Part shown: in pieces, positions 1 through 8,266 of the stretch | How the letters are laid out: the number at the start of each line of letters is the position of its first letter | Numbering within the stretch: position 1 is the stretch's first letter | IMG/VR virus record: IMGVR_UViG_3300028048_000075 | Location: 32,001-96,000 of that record | From: a virus | Taxonomy: Duplodnaviria > Caudoviricetes | Length of the DNA: 64,000 nucleotides | Strand: one strand, 5' to 3' | Translations under genes and position numbers: made by a program | Notes under the pieces: generated by a model | The model's database searches: none | What the model was told of the DNA's origin: nothing | The model's input: only the letters and a program-made list of their open reading frames with translations

Positions 1-251
1 TATTATTATCATTAAATATGATTTTAATGACGAAACAAAAGATTTATTTTCAATATTATTTTTATTTACAGAATTTTATGAATTCAAAGATAATAAATGT
101 GTTTATTGCTATAGTGATCTATATCCGGACACTCAAAAATATAAAGAGATAACAAAGGAAAAGATAACATATGTTTTACAATAACTGAAGATAACTCTTC
201 GATTAATTTTTTAAATAAAGAACTACAATTTTTTATAGAAGGAGATAAGAT

Positions 252-812
252 ATGGCTGAAAAAATAATCATTAACCATGCCGAAGAAAATGAAGAAGAAA
301 AGACTTACGAAGAAAACAAAAAGCGTTGGACAAACTCTAGAAAGTTTCATAAACGCAGATTTAAGAAACCGTTTGAAGTTGAAGTGACTTTGGTTGAAGG
401 TGCAACTACTCTTCAGATGCCAGAACGTAAAACTTCCGGATCTGCAGGATACGATTTGAAAGCTTTTGGGGATTTTGTAGTTCCAGTAGGAAAATCAGCT
501 TTGATTTCTACAGGTGTAAAAATGAAAATTCCATATGGAAATCTCGGTTTCATTACACCAAGATCAAGTATGGGCAAAATACTTGTAACAATACCCAATA
601 GTCCAGGAACTATCGATTCTGACTACAGAGATGAAATTAAAGTCATTCTCTTCAATCAGGGAACAGAAGCATTGAAAATCGAAAGTGGAGATAGAATTGC
701 TCAGATCATTTTTATGCCTATTCGTATTGGTAATCTTGTGTTAGTTCCAGAACTTTCACCAGATGCATCTAATGATCGTACTGGCGGTTTTGGTTCCACT
801 GGCGTAAACTAA
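252..812 (+). CDS. dut: trimeric dUTPase with charged N-terminal extension
   Basis: Motifs SAGYDL, RSS, GTIDSDYR, GDRIAQ, RTGGFGSTG; GGAG RBS. Confidence 0.95.
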   Translation: MAEKIIINHAEENEEEKTYEENKKRWTNSRKFHKRRFKKPFEVEVTLVEGATTLQMPERKTSGSAGYDLKAFGDFVVPVGKSALISTGVKMKIPYGNLGFITPRSSMGKILVTIPNSPGTIDSDYRDEIKVILFNQGTEALKIESGDRIAQIIFMPIRIGNLVLVPELSPDASNDRTGGFGSTGVN

Positions 813-817
813 ACAAT

Positions 818-847
818 AAAGGAGGCTAATCATTAGCCTCCTTTTTT
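818..847 (+). terminator. intrinsic terminator
   Basis: aaaggaggctaa / ttagcctccttt stem followed by T-run. Confidence 0.75.
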
Positions 848-880
848 ATATTAGAACTTAAGTATATAGGAGATATTGTA

Positions 881-1837
881 ATGAATACAGAATTAAAATC
901 TATGTTACGACAACGTTTTGCGTTAGGTATACTGTGCGCAGCACTTGTGCCAGCATGTATTTTATTTGGTTTGATTGGTGCTCGTTTGGGTACTAATGCT
1001 GATAATTGGTATATGTCTATTTCAGACACATATTATGCCAATTCAAAGATGTGTATGATTGGTCTATTGTTTGCAACAGGAATTTTCTTTTTTACGTATA
1101 AAGGATACGATTGGAAAGACAGACTCTGTTCAATTGTTCAGGCTTTCTGTTGTATGGGAATCATCGCATTTCCTTGTAAAGGTCCTGATGCTGACGCTAG
1201 AGTTGGCCTATTTAGTGCAGTTGCAAGAGAATCTAATAAAATTCATCTTTTCTTAGCGACTCTACTATTTGTAACATTTGCTATTAACGTCCTTTGTTTA
1301 TTTACTCTTGGCAAAGGTGAACCTACAAGTCAGAAAAAACGTAGAAATCGTATTTATCGTATTTGTGGTATTGTTATTGTAGCATTTATTGTTGTTCAGG
1401 CGCTTTGTGTTACAGTTCTTAAGGGACGTATTCCATCTTGGTTGCCAACCACTCTCATTAACGAATTCTTTATGCTCGAAGCTTTTGCATTTGCATATAT
1501 CGTAAAATCTGAAGCTATTAAGAGTTTTAATGATGGTTATGAGAAAGTAAAGGTTGTTACTAAGACAGAATATGTTGAGGTTGAAAAACCTGTTCCTGTT
1601 CCTGTTCCTGTTCCAGATGACGACAAAATAAGTGACGTTGTTATCGAAGAACCGACAGAACCAGAAGAGCCAACTATCGAGGAACCGAAGGAAGAAGAAA
1701 AACCTGAAGAAACTCCTACTGAACCTGAAAAACCTGTAGAGCCTGAAAATGTTCCAGAAAGTGTTATTGGATTCTTCCAGAAAATCGGTATCAGTATTGA
1801 CGAAGCTCTTGGTAAACTTTTCAGAAAAAGAAAGTGA
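881..1837 (+). CDS. multi-pass membrane protein (DUF998-like) with Pro/Glu-rich C-terminal tail
   Basis: About 6 hydrophobic segments, SISDTYY and YKGYD motifs, PVPVPVP/EPTEPEEP tail. Confidence 0.65.
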   Translation: MNTELKSMLRQRFALGILCAALVPACILFGLIGARLGTNADNWYMSISDTYYANSKMCMIGLLFATGIFFFTYKGYDWKDRLCSIVQAFCCMGIIAFPCKGPDADARVGLFSAVARESNKIHLFLATLLFVTFAINVLCLFTLGKGEPTSQKKRRNRIYRICGIVIVAFIVVQALCVTVLKGRIPSWLPTTLINEFFMLEAFAFAYIVKSEAIKSFNDGYEKVKVVTKTEYVEVEKPVPVPVPVPDDDKISDVVIEEPTEPEEPTIEEPKEEEKPEETPTEPEKPVEPENVPESVIGFFQKIGISIDEALGKLFRKRK

Positions 1838-1841
1838 TAGT

Positions 1842-1910
1842 ATGAATTGTGAACTTCTTATCATCTTATCAGGCATTTTGGTCTGTTTGACAGTTTTGAC
1901 TTTACAATAA
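1842..1910 (+). CDS. possible 22-aa hydrophobic peptide MNCELLIILSGILVCLTVLTLQ
   Basis: ATG 4 nt after upstream stop, ends just before a hairpin; weak RBS. Confidence 0.35.
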   Translation: MNCELLIILSGILVCLTVLTLQ

Positions 1911-1944
1911 AAAAATCTCCGGAGCAATCCGGAGATTTAATATT

Positions 1945-2238
1945 TTAATCCCATTTATGAGGACCAGATGGAGATCTAATCCCTCTGGATTTTAAGTATC
2001 GATGTGCATGTTGTGCACGTCTTTTACACATAGCTCGATTCCGTTCCGCACATTCTTTCTCAACTTTCCATTGAGGTTTTACATAACGGTAATCGATACC
2101 TCTACTGTTTCTAGCAGAATCGCGCAATTGTTGGTTATGAACATTTTCATCATAAACTGCTTCTTTATATTCCCAATATGCACGATCTCTATCACTACTA
2201 CTCATCAAATCTGTAGATGCCATAGATATATCCTCCAA
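1945..2238 (-). CDS. hypothetical basic protein
   Basis: ORF; GGAGG lies upstream of the internal ATG at 2223, the likely start. Confidence 0.6.
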   Translation of the reverse strand: MEDISMASTDLMSSSDRDRAYWEYKEAVYDENVHNQQLRDSARNSRGIDYRYVKPQWKVEKECAERNRAMCKRRAQHAHRYLKSRGIRSPSGPHKWD

Positions 2239-2309
2239 AAGTAAATTTATATTATTTTTTATACTTATATATTATTATTAATGAATACACTATAAATGGA
2301 GGAAAATTA

Positions 2310-2633
2310 ATGGCTAATAAAAATATTCTTAAAATGCCAGATGAGTATTTTCAGAATGTTAACAACGATGAAGATCTTTTGACTAGTGAAGAAGAAAATG
2401 CTAGGAGAGAAGTGGCGGACTATATGGAAAACCATTACATGGAAGAGTGTAGAGATGACTATAACAAGAATTCTTCAACTTCTAAGAAAGAAGAAGAAAA
2501 GAATGATCCGTTTATGACAGGTCTTGCTGTAGTCTGTTCCGCTGCACTGATTTCATCAATTGTTGGAGGAATTTCAACTTTCTTTACAAATAGGAAAGTT
2601 AATAAATTTCTCAAAGAACAGAAAAACAAGTAA
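2310..2633 (+). CDS. acidic protein with C-terminal TM helix
   Basis: GGAGG RBS, early promoter motif at 2265. Confidence 0.75.
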   Translation: MANKNILKMPDEYFQNVNNDEDLLTSEEENARREVADYMENHYMEECRDDYNKNSSTSKKEEEKNDPFMTGLAVVCSAALISSIVGGISTFFTNRKVNKFLKEQKNK

Positions 2634-2718
2634 AGCAAATTGAGAAAAAAGAGGGGATTTGATAATCCCTTCTTTTTTTTTATGACTATTTAATATAACA
2701 AAAAGAGGTGTATAAGTT

Positions 2719-2928
2719 ATGAAAAATCCATTTAAATCTGACGTTGTTAAAATGGTTATTATGCTTTTAACATGTGTTTCATTAATTGTAATCATAGTTT
2801 TACATAGTTTTGGAATAATTACTGAATTCGTTAAAGATGTTTCTATGCTATGTGTAATTTTGATATTGTTTTGCTTTTTGATATATGGAATAAAAGAATT
2901 TCATGATTTTAAAGACAAAAATGAATGA
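2719..2928 (+). CDS. small 2-TM membrane protein
   Basis: GAGG RBS, two hydrophobic segments. Confidence 0.65.
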   Translation: MKNPFKSDVVKMVIMLLTCVSLIVIIVLHSFGIITEFVKDVSMLCVILILFCFLIYGIKEFHDFKDKNE

Positions 2929-3022
2929 TTTTTATAAGAAGGAGTTTTGCACTCCTTCTTTTTTATTTATATATTATAAAAATGCAAATTACAACAAAAT
3001 ATCAATAAAGGGGTGTTATATT

Positions 3023-5428
3023 ATGTCTGAAGCTAAAGCTGTCATTTATGATGATGATAATATTAAAACTTTGGATTCTATTAGTGCTATACGATTACGT
3101 CCAGCAATGTATGTTGATGGAATTGGAGAGTCTGGTTTATATAAGATCGATTGCGAAGCTGTTCAAAACATTTTTGATGAATATTTGGTTGGAAGATGTA
3201 CATCTTGTAACGTTGAATATAACTCATCTACAGGATATATGAGAGTTGAAGATGATGGCGCTGGAATACCTATTGGTAAAATAGTCGATATTTTCACTAA
3301 AGCTCATACTGGTGGAAAGTTTGATAGAGAAGCATATGAGATAAGTTCAGGCCAGAATGGTGTTGGCAGTAAGGCGATAAATGCTCTTAGTAAAAGTCTT
3401 AGAGTTGAAGTTTGGAGAACAGAATATGTCGATAGGAGTGATAATAAAGTTCTTCCTAAGCATGCTGTTTTACAATTTGAAAAAGGTCGTCTTAAAGATG
3501 AATTCTACGAAGATGTTCCAAATTCCACAAAACATGGTACGCTTCTTGAATATTATTCTGATGATGAAATAATGAAAACTAACGTTAGAAACGTTAGAAG
3601 ATTTGCAGATTATTTGAATATGAATTCTTATTTGCTTCCAGGAATTCATATTTCATATACCGTCGATGGTAAAGAAAATGTTTTCTATCATGAAGGTGGT
3701 ATATCGGAATTATTCACAAATCGTTTTATAAAAGAAAAACATGTCAAAACTATGTTCGACCATATAGAAGTTCATGGAAATGAACGAATGTTTAGTTTTG
3801 ATATAGTATTTTCATATAATCCTATAAATACTGGAGATTCAAATATTGTATCTGCTGTAAATGGAAATAACACTCCATTACATGGAGTACATGTTTCTTC
3901 ATTTAGAGCTGGTGCAGCATTAGCACTTACAGATTATTTGAAAGAAAACAGTGATTTGATACCGAAATCTTTGAAAAACGTCAATATTTCCGGAACTATT
4001 GTTGGTGACAATATAGTTGCTGTTGTTTCTGTAAAGCACAGAGAACCATTGTATAGTGGTCAAACTAAAGAAGCATTTAAATCTGATGATGTTCAAGAAC
4101 CAATTAAGCAAACTACACGTAAAGTATTTGCGAAATGGTTGAGAGATAATCCTCAGGGCGCTAAGAAATTAGTTAGCATGATTATTGATTATGCTAAGTA
4201 TGAAGAAGAGAGAAAGAAACTTAAGAAAAATCTTATTGAATCTAAGGTAGCTAAAAGTGCTTTTGCTGCTAATGGTGTAGATCCTACGAAATATACTACT
4301 TGTAGAAGTAATAATCCTGAAGAAAGAGAACTCTTTATAGTAGAAGGAGACTCTGCTGGTGGTAACGTAGTACTTGCACAAGATCGTGAATTCCAAGCAC
4401 TTTATAAACTTACTGGTAAGATTCTTAACGTTATTAAATCAAACACAAGTAACTTGAGTAAAGTTATTATGGAATTGGTGAAAATTCTTGGTATGGGATT
4501 ACCTACTAATGGAAATCCTCCTAATTATAAGAATTTACAATACCATAAAATAATCATATTGACTGATGCTGATGATGATGGTGCACACATCGCTACACTT
4601 CTATTGGCATTCTTTTATAGATTCTATCCAAAACTTATTGAGGATGGAAATGTATTTATTGCTAATCCTCCGATTAAGAAACTCACAATGTCTAATGGAA
4701 AATACTTCTATATTCATACTGAAGCAGATTACAGTAGACTTATGAGAGAATTCATTTCTGAATCATTTGAGTTAATCAGTGCTAAGAATGGATACGTCAT
4801 GTCAAAAGGTTTCTTTGAGGAATACATTTATCACATTCAGGGATATGATAACCTTATTGAAAACCATGCACATGCATTAGCGATCGACAATGATCTTCTT
4901 GAGCATATTATAATTAATATCAATATTCTCACTCAGTGTAGTGATAATAGAGAAGATAAGTTTAACAAAGCTTTTTATAAGAACACAGGGTTCTATGTAC
5001 GTAAAATGGTTGGTCAACCTTATTACACATTTGATAAAGGAACTTATCATGCTAACGTACGTATAGATAAGAATTTTATAGATCATCATTTTTATGAGAT
5101 TGCTGACAAGCTTAATGAAATCATGTATTACGGTTTATCTTTAAGGGGAAAACGCTCCGGAAAAGTTTACCGTGGTACAATATATTCTCTCATGAAAGTT
5201 ATGAATGGAATACTTGGACCTAAAGTCGATATCAAGCGATTTAAAGGTCTTGGTGAAATGAGTTGTAGAGATCTTACAGAAACTACGATTAATCCTACAA
5301 AGAGATTGCTTACTCAAGTGAGAATGTCTGATGCAGAAAAAGCCGACAGAGCTATGCAAATCTTCATGAACGACACTTACATAAAGTATAAGCGATTATT
5401 CTATGCTGGAAGGATCGATTTTGACTAA
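3023..5428 (+). CDS. gyrB: type IIA topoisomerase B subunit (GyrB/ParE-like)
   Basis: IRLRPAMY, DDGAGIP, HTGGKF, GQNGVG, VEGDSAG, TDADDDGAHI, RFKGLGEM; start moved to the ATG after the GGGG RBS and early promoter. Confidence 0.93.
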   Translation: MSEAKAVIYDDDNIKTLDSISAIRLRPAMYVDGIGESGLYKIDCEAVQNIFDEYLVGRCTSCNVEYNSSTGYMRVEDDGAGIPIGKIVDIFTKAHTGGKFDREAYEISSGQNGVGSKAINALSKSLRVEVWRTEYVDRSDNKVLPKHAVLQFEKGRLKDEFYEDVPNSTKHGTLLEYYSDDEIMKTNVRNVRRFADYLNMNSYLLPGIHISYTVDGKENVFYHEGGISELFTNRFIKEKHVKTMFDHIEVHGNERMFSFDIVFSYNPINTGDSNIVSAVNGNNTPLHGVHVSSFRAGAALALTDYLKENSDLIPKSLKNVNISGTIVGDNIVAVVSVKHREPLYSGQTKEAFKSDDVQEPIKQTTRKVFAKWLRDNPQGAKKLVSMIIDYAKYEEERKKLKKNLIESKVAKSAFAANGVDPTKYTTCRSNNPEERELFIVEGDSAGGNVVLAQDREFQALYKLTGKILNVIKSNTSNLSKVIMELVKILGMGLPTNGNPPNYKNLQYHKIIILTDADDDGAHIATLLLAFFYRFYPKLIEDGNVFIANPPIKKLTMSNGKYFYIHTEADYSRLMREFISESFELISAKNGYVMSKGFFEEYIYHIQGYDNLIENHAHALAIDNDLLEHIIININILTQCSDNREDKFNKAFYKNTGFYVRKMVGQPYYTFDKGTYHANVRIDKNFIDHHFYEIADKLNEIMYYGLSLRGKRSGKVYRGTIYSLMKVMNGILGPKVDIKRFKGLGEMSCRDLTETTINPTKRLLTQVRMSDAEKADRAMQIFMNDTYIKYKRLFYAGRIDFD

Positions 5429-5435
5429 ACCCAAA

Positions 5436-5479
5436 TTTGTGAGAAATTATTGTAACATATAAATATAATTTCTCACAAA
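5436..5479. repeat. 15-bp perfect inverted repeat enclosing a late-type promoter motif (AACA-N6-TA, 5454-5465)
   Basis: tttgtgagaaattat...ataatttctcacaaa. Confidence 0.7.
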
Positions 5480-5586
5480 GGGTTCGTTTTTGTACACCAG
5501 ATGTTCGAAGGGTTTTACTTTAGAGCATTTTGTTAAGAACATTTGGTCATTTTCGATTTTACAACTCTTTTTGAATTTTTGTAGAG

Positions 5587-5812
5587 TTTAATTCAGGATT
5601 CCGGAATAGACATCTATTACCCTTTGCATGGTAGGCGGATGCGTCGGCTGAGTCTCGAGACCGTAGGTTGATGGTCGGGATCCTGTTAAAATTAGCACAT
5701 ATCCGGTAATCGAGCAATTATCGAGTGTGCGGGGGTTTGGAACTTGCTCCTCTAGACCTGACAGCGGGGCGTCGACACAATTATCTAGTCGATGCTCCGC
5801 TATTTATTTTTT
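5587..5812 (+). ncRNA. unidentified multi-stem structured RNA with putative kissing loop
   Basis: GC-rich island; helices 5594-5603/5676-5685, 5695-5700/5725-5730, 5733-5741/5751-5759, 5763-5776/5788-5801, all with G-U pairs on the + strand. Confidence 0.7.
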
Positions 5813-5909
5813 AAGCCTATCCACTTTCATGGTTTATGTTTTACCGGAAGTGGAGATTTTATAACTAGATTTTCTCCGTCATCTAGTCAAAACTATAGAT
5901 TTTTTTTTC

Positions 5910-6009
5910 GTCGGTTTGGTTTAGTGGCAGAACGCCTTGTATACTTGAATAGTTACTACACTCCTGTTTCAAGTTTGAGGAAACATATGTTCGATTCATA
6001 TAACTGACA
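5910..6009 (+). ncRNA. tRNA-like RNA with extended anticodon arm (possible intron-containing tRNA)
   Basis: Acceptor GTCGGTT/AACTGAC, D arm GTTT-AGTGGCA-GAAC, T arm ATATG-TTCGATT-CATAT; 36 nt between anticodon-stem strands. Confidence 0.7.
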
Positions 6010-6011
6010 AA

Positions 6012-6094
6012 GTGAGCCCAAAATATAAAAAAGAGATTCGAGTCCATCCAATAAAACGATCTCCTGCTGAAGACAGCACAATTTTGGGTTTCAC
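6012..6094 (+). ncRNA. structured RNA candidate (three-way junction)
   Basis: Closing stem gtgagcccaaaat/attttgggtttcac; inner gagat..atctc and tgctg-aaga-cagca hairpins. Confidence 0.5.
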
Positions 6095-6135
6095 GTTTTG
6101 TAAACTTTTTGAAAGGTTGTTTACATTATCATTCG

Positions 6136-6171
6136 AATGGACTGGATATCTGTCCAGTCCATTTATTTTTT
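6136..6171 (+). terminator. intrinsic terminator ending first ncRNA block
   Basis: aatggactgga/tccagtccatt stem plus T-rich tail. Confidence 0.7.
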
Positions 6172-6203
6172 AAAATACAAAGTATATAATAATATATTTG
6201 TAA

Positions 6204-6276
6204 GGGATATTAGCTCAGTAGGTAGAGCAACGGACTGTTAATCCGTGTGTCGATGGTTCGATCCCATCATATCCCG
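6204..6276 (+). tRNA. tRNA-Asn(GTT), no encoded CCA
   Basis: Canonical cloverleaf, anticodon loop CT-GTT-AA, GGTTCGATCCC. Confidence 0.93.
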
Positions 6277-6279
6277 AGA

Positions 6280-6493
6280 CCGTATTGCGGAGTTGGCATA
6301 TACCAAGTGGATTGGAATTTTGTGCACTAGAAAAATTCTTATGTTTAATATCAGGTAATACTAGGTAATTCGTGCTGATAACTAAACGTAAAATAAAATC
6401 CCGCCAATGGCGATGAATACGGAACCCCGGATCGAAACTTTGGTGCGATAACGAATGACAGGGCCCTTTAGTCATTCGAAGTCAGTTTCGATT
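6280..6493 (+). ncRNA. unidentified structured RNA between tRNA-Asn and tRNA-Lys
   Basis: Long-range ccgtatt/aatacgg; nested helices ggaatttt/aaaattct, tatcag/ctgata, atcgaaact/agtttcgat, cgaatgac/gtcattcg. Confidence 0.55.
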
Positions 6494-6499
6494 ATTTTT

Positions 6500-6572
6500 G
6501 GACTTTTAGCTCAGACGGTAGAGCAACGCCCTTTTAAGGCGTGGGTCGCGGGTTCAAATCCCGCAAAGTTCA
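6500..6572 (+). tRNA. tRNA-Lys(TTT), no encoded CCA
   Basis: Cloverleaf, ACGCC-CTTTTAA-GGCGT anticodon arm. Confidence 0.92.
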
Positions 6573-6640
6573 TTGACCACGATAGAGATAGTGTAGAGTT
6601 TAAAACTTTTCCGAACCATTATCTTAGTAGTGGTCTTTAT

Positions 6641-6713
6641 TCGGATGTCGACAAGTGGTAAGTCAGTGGTTCTTGGTGCCACTATTCCGTAGGTTCGAAT
6701 CCTACCATCCGAT
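6641..6713 (+). tRNA. tRNA-Gln(TTG), atypical C33
   Basis: U1-A72 acceptor TCGGATG/CATCCGA, loop TC-TTG-GT, GTAGG-TTCGAAT-CCTAC. Confidence 0.8.
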
Positions 6714-6783
6714 ATTTGTACTAATGTGGATTCACATTGCTTTCCGGCTACATTTTGGTACAACCATGAAATTTTCCTCTTTT

Positions 6784-6819
6784 GGGTACACAGGAGTTTT
6801 CTCCTGTGTATCTTTTTTT
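6784..6819 (+). terminator. intrinsic terminator ending tRNA block
   Basis: tacacaggag-tttt-ctcctgtgta plus T7. Confidence 0.8.
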
Positions 6820-6866
6820 CGTTCACAATTTTTGACATTTGAATATAACTGAAGAAGGAAAACAAT

Positions 6867-7526
6867 ATGAATAAAAAGAAAAGCTTATTCACTATTGTTA
6901 CATGTAACATGAAACCAAGACAAATGGGAAAAGAACTTAGAAAAATATTTGCACAAAGGTCTCATGAGTCAGATCTTTCATTCATGCAAAAGAATTCTAA
7001 AGAACACAAAAATTTAAGAGGGAATCAATATATTCTCCAAATAGATAATGGACGTAGTGTAGAGAGTTATTTCTTTACAGTATATAGTAGTCAGAATGGT
7101 TTCTATTTAATGGACAATAAGGAACTTAAAAAATTTCATACTGAACAGAATTGTCTTAAATATAAATTAGCAAAAACTTATCTTAGAAACCATAAATCAT
7201 CAGAATCGATACGTTATACATGTATCAAATCTAATGAACGATTGGTTTCTGGTGATATTTTTGATGTGCTAAATAACGGATATACTTATGGCAAGAGGGT
7301 AAATATAATGGCCAATACTACAGAAACTCTTAAAGAAAAACCATATAATAGGATTATCCAATTGTATGATACACTTAAACAATCTAGAGAAGTTGGAGTA
7401 TATGCCAGTTCTTTAGGAGCATTTGGTGAAGAAAATCCACATATAATTGGTGGATATATACTAAATGAGAAAAAAGAAGAATTAGACCCAAGTGAGGATA
7501 ATGACGATGGAACCAGCGAAGATTAG
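6867..7526 (+). CDS. hypothetical protein (late promoter)
   Basis: ORF with AAGGA RBS, GACA-N6-TA at 6834. Confidence 0.7.
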   Translation: MNKKKSLFTIVTCNMKPRQMGKELRKIFAQRSHESDLSFMQKNSKEHKNLRGNQYILQIDNGRSVESYFFTVYSSQNGFYLMDNKELKKFHTEQNCLKYKLAKTYLRNHKSSESIRYTCIKSNERLVSGDIFDVLNNGYTYGKRVNIMANTTETLKEKPYNRIIQLYDTLKQSREVGVYASSLGAFGEENPHIIGGYILNEKKEELDPSEDNDDGTSED

Positions 7527-8244
7527 AGCAATTCGTAAAAAATACGAAAACGAGATGATCGAATTTTACGATGATATCGATCCTACAGGATATAATTCTG
7601 AAAATTTTAAAGAAATGATGAAAAACATGAATGACAGAGATTTCATCAATATGTGTAAGACTATTATCACTAAAGATGATGTAAATTTCAGTCTCGATAT
7701 AGATCAGTTGGAAAAAGGACCTGGTGAAATCACTTTGGAAAAGATAAAGAATGTTGCAGAAAAACACAATATACCTTTGGTAGAATATGTATTTATGCCG
7801 TTCCGTAATCCAGATGGTGAACCAATGTGTACATTAACAAGAGTTCCTATACTCTATACACAAGTACGTCGCTTCTTCCAACAGATGCTACAACACAAAA
7901 ACTCCATTTCTAACAGTAACTCAAAAACTAATCCTTTGACAGGTCAGGTAGTTAATGAAGATAAAACTGCTTCTACTACTAATATTCAGACATATGCGTT
8001 GACAATTACTAACCGTAATGCTGCATTGAAAGAATATTTGGGTCCAAGATCTGATGATCCTGTAGCAAAGAAAGACATGCTATCACAGATTGAAAACACC
8101 GGTTCATTCAGACTTGCAGATACAGTTACTCAAACCCATAATAAACAAGCAATTAATACTGCAGAAGTATTTGCAAAAGCTGCTGGAGTATCTATGAAAT
8201 TTGCTGGTGACGATTATGGTATAGATACAGAACTATTGAATTAA
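7501..8244 (+). CDS. RNA polymerase beta C-terminal fragment, probably virion RNAP
   Basis: LTGQV..EDK and LKEYLGPRSDD resemble beta region I (LxExLTxKSDD); in a late-promoter operon. Confidence 0.78.
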   Translation: MTMEPAKIRAIRKKYENEMIEFYDDIDPTGYNSENFKEMMKNMNDRDFINMCKTIITKDDVNFSLDIDQLEKGPGEITLEKIKNVAEKHNIPLVEYVFMPFRNPDGEPMCTLTRVPILYTQVRRFFQQMLQHKNSISNSNSKTNPLTGQVVNEDKTASTTNIQTYALTITNRNAALKEYLGPRSDDPVAKKDMLSQIENTGSFRLADTVTQTHNKQAINTAEVFAKAAGVSMKFAGDDYGIDTELLN

Positions 8245-8266
8245 AAACGATTACCAAACATAATAA

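Noticed and set aside
1298-1927. Long antisense ORFs (also 8951-9490, 13718-14227, 37411-37935, 38139-38780)
   Set aside because: Shadows of real genes caused by codon bias; no RBS or promoter
5940-5975. CTA in the tRNA-like loop as an amber suppressor, implying stop-codon recoding
   Set aside because: CTA is not in a 7-nt anticodon loop; genes are full length under the standard code and TAG/TGA serve as ordinary stops
6062-6115. CTGAAGA resembling a hammerhead ribozyme core
   Set aside because: It lies within a simple hairpin and is not followed by stem II plus GAAA in the required arrangement
6410-6435. ACGGAACCCCGG resembling the 3' conserved region of RNase P RNA
   Set aside because: No matching GAGGAAAGTCC 5' element or P4 partner upstream
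5792-6910. Short ORFs in the track across the tRNA/ncRNA island
   Set aside because: They overlap tRNAs and structured RNAs, lack RBSs and have no protein-like composition
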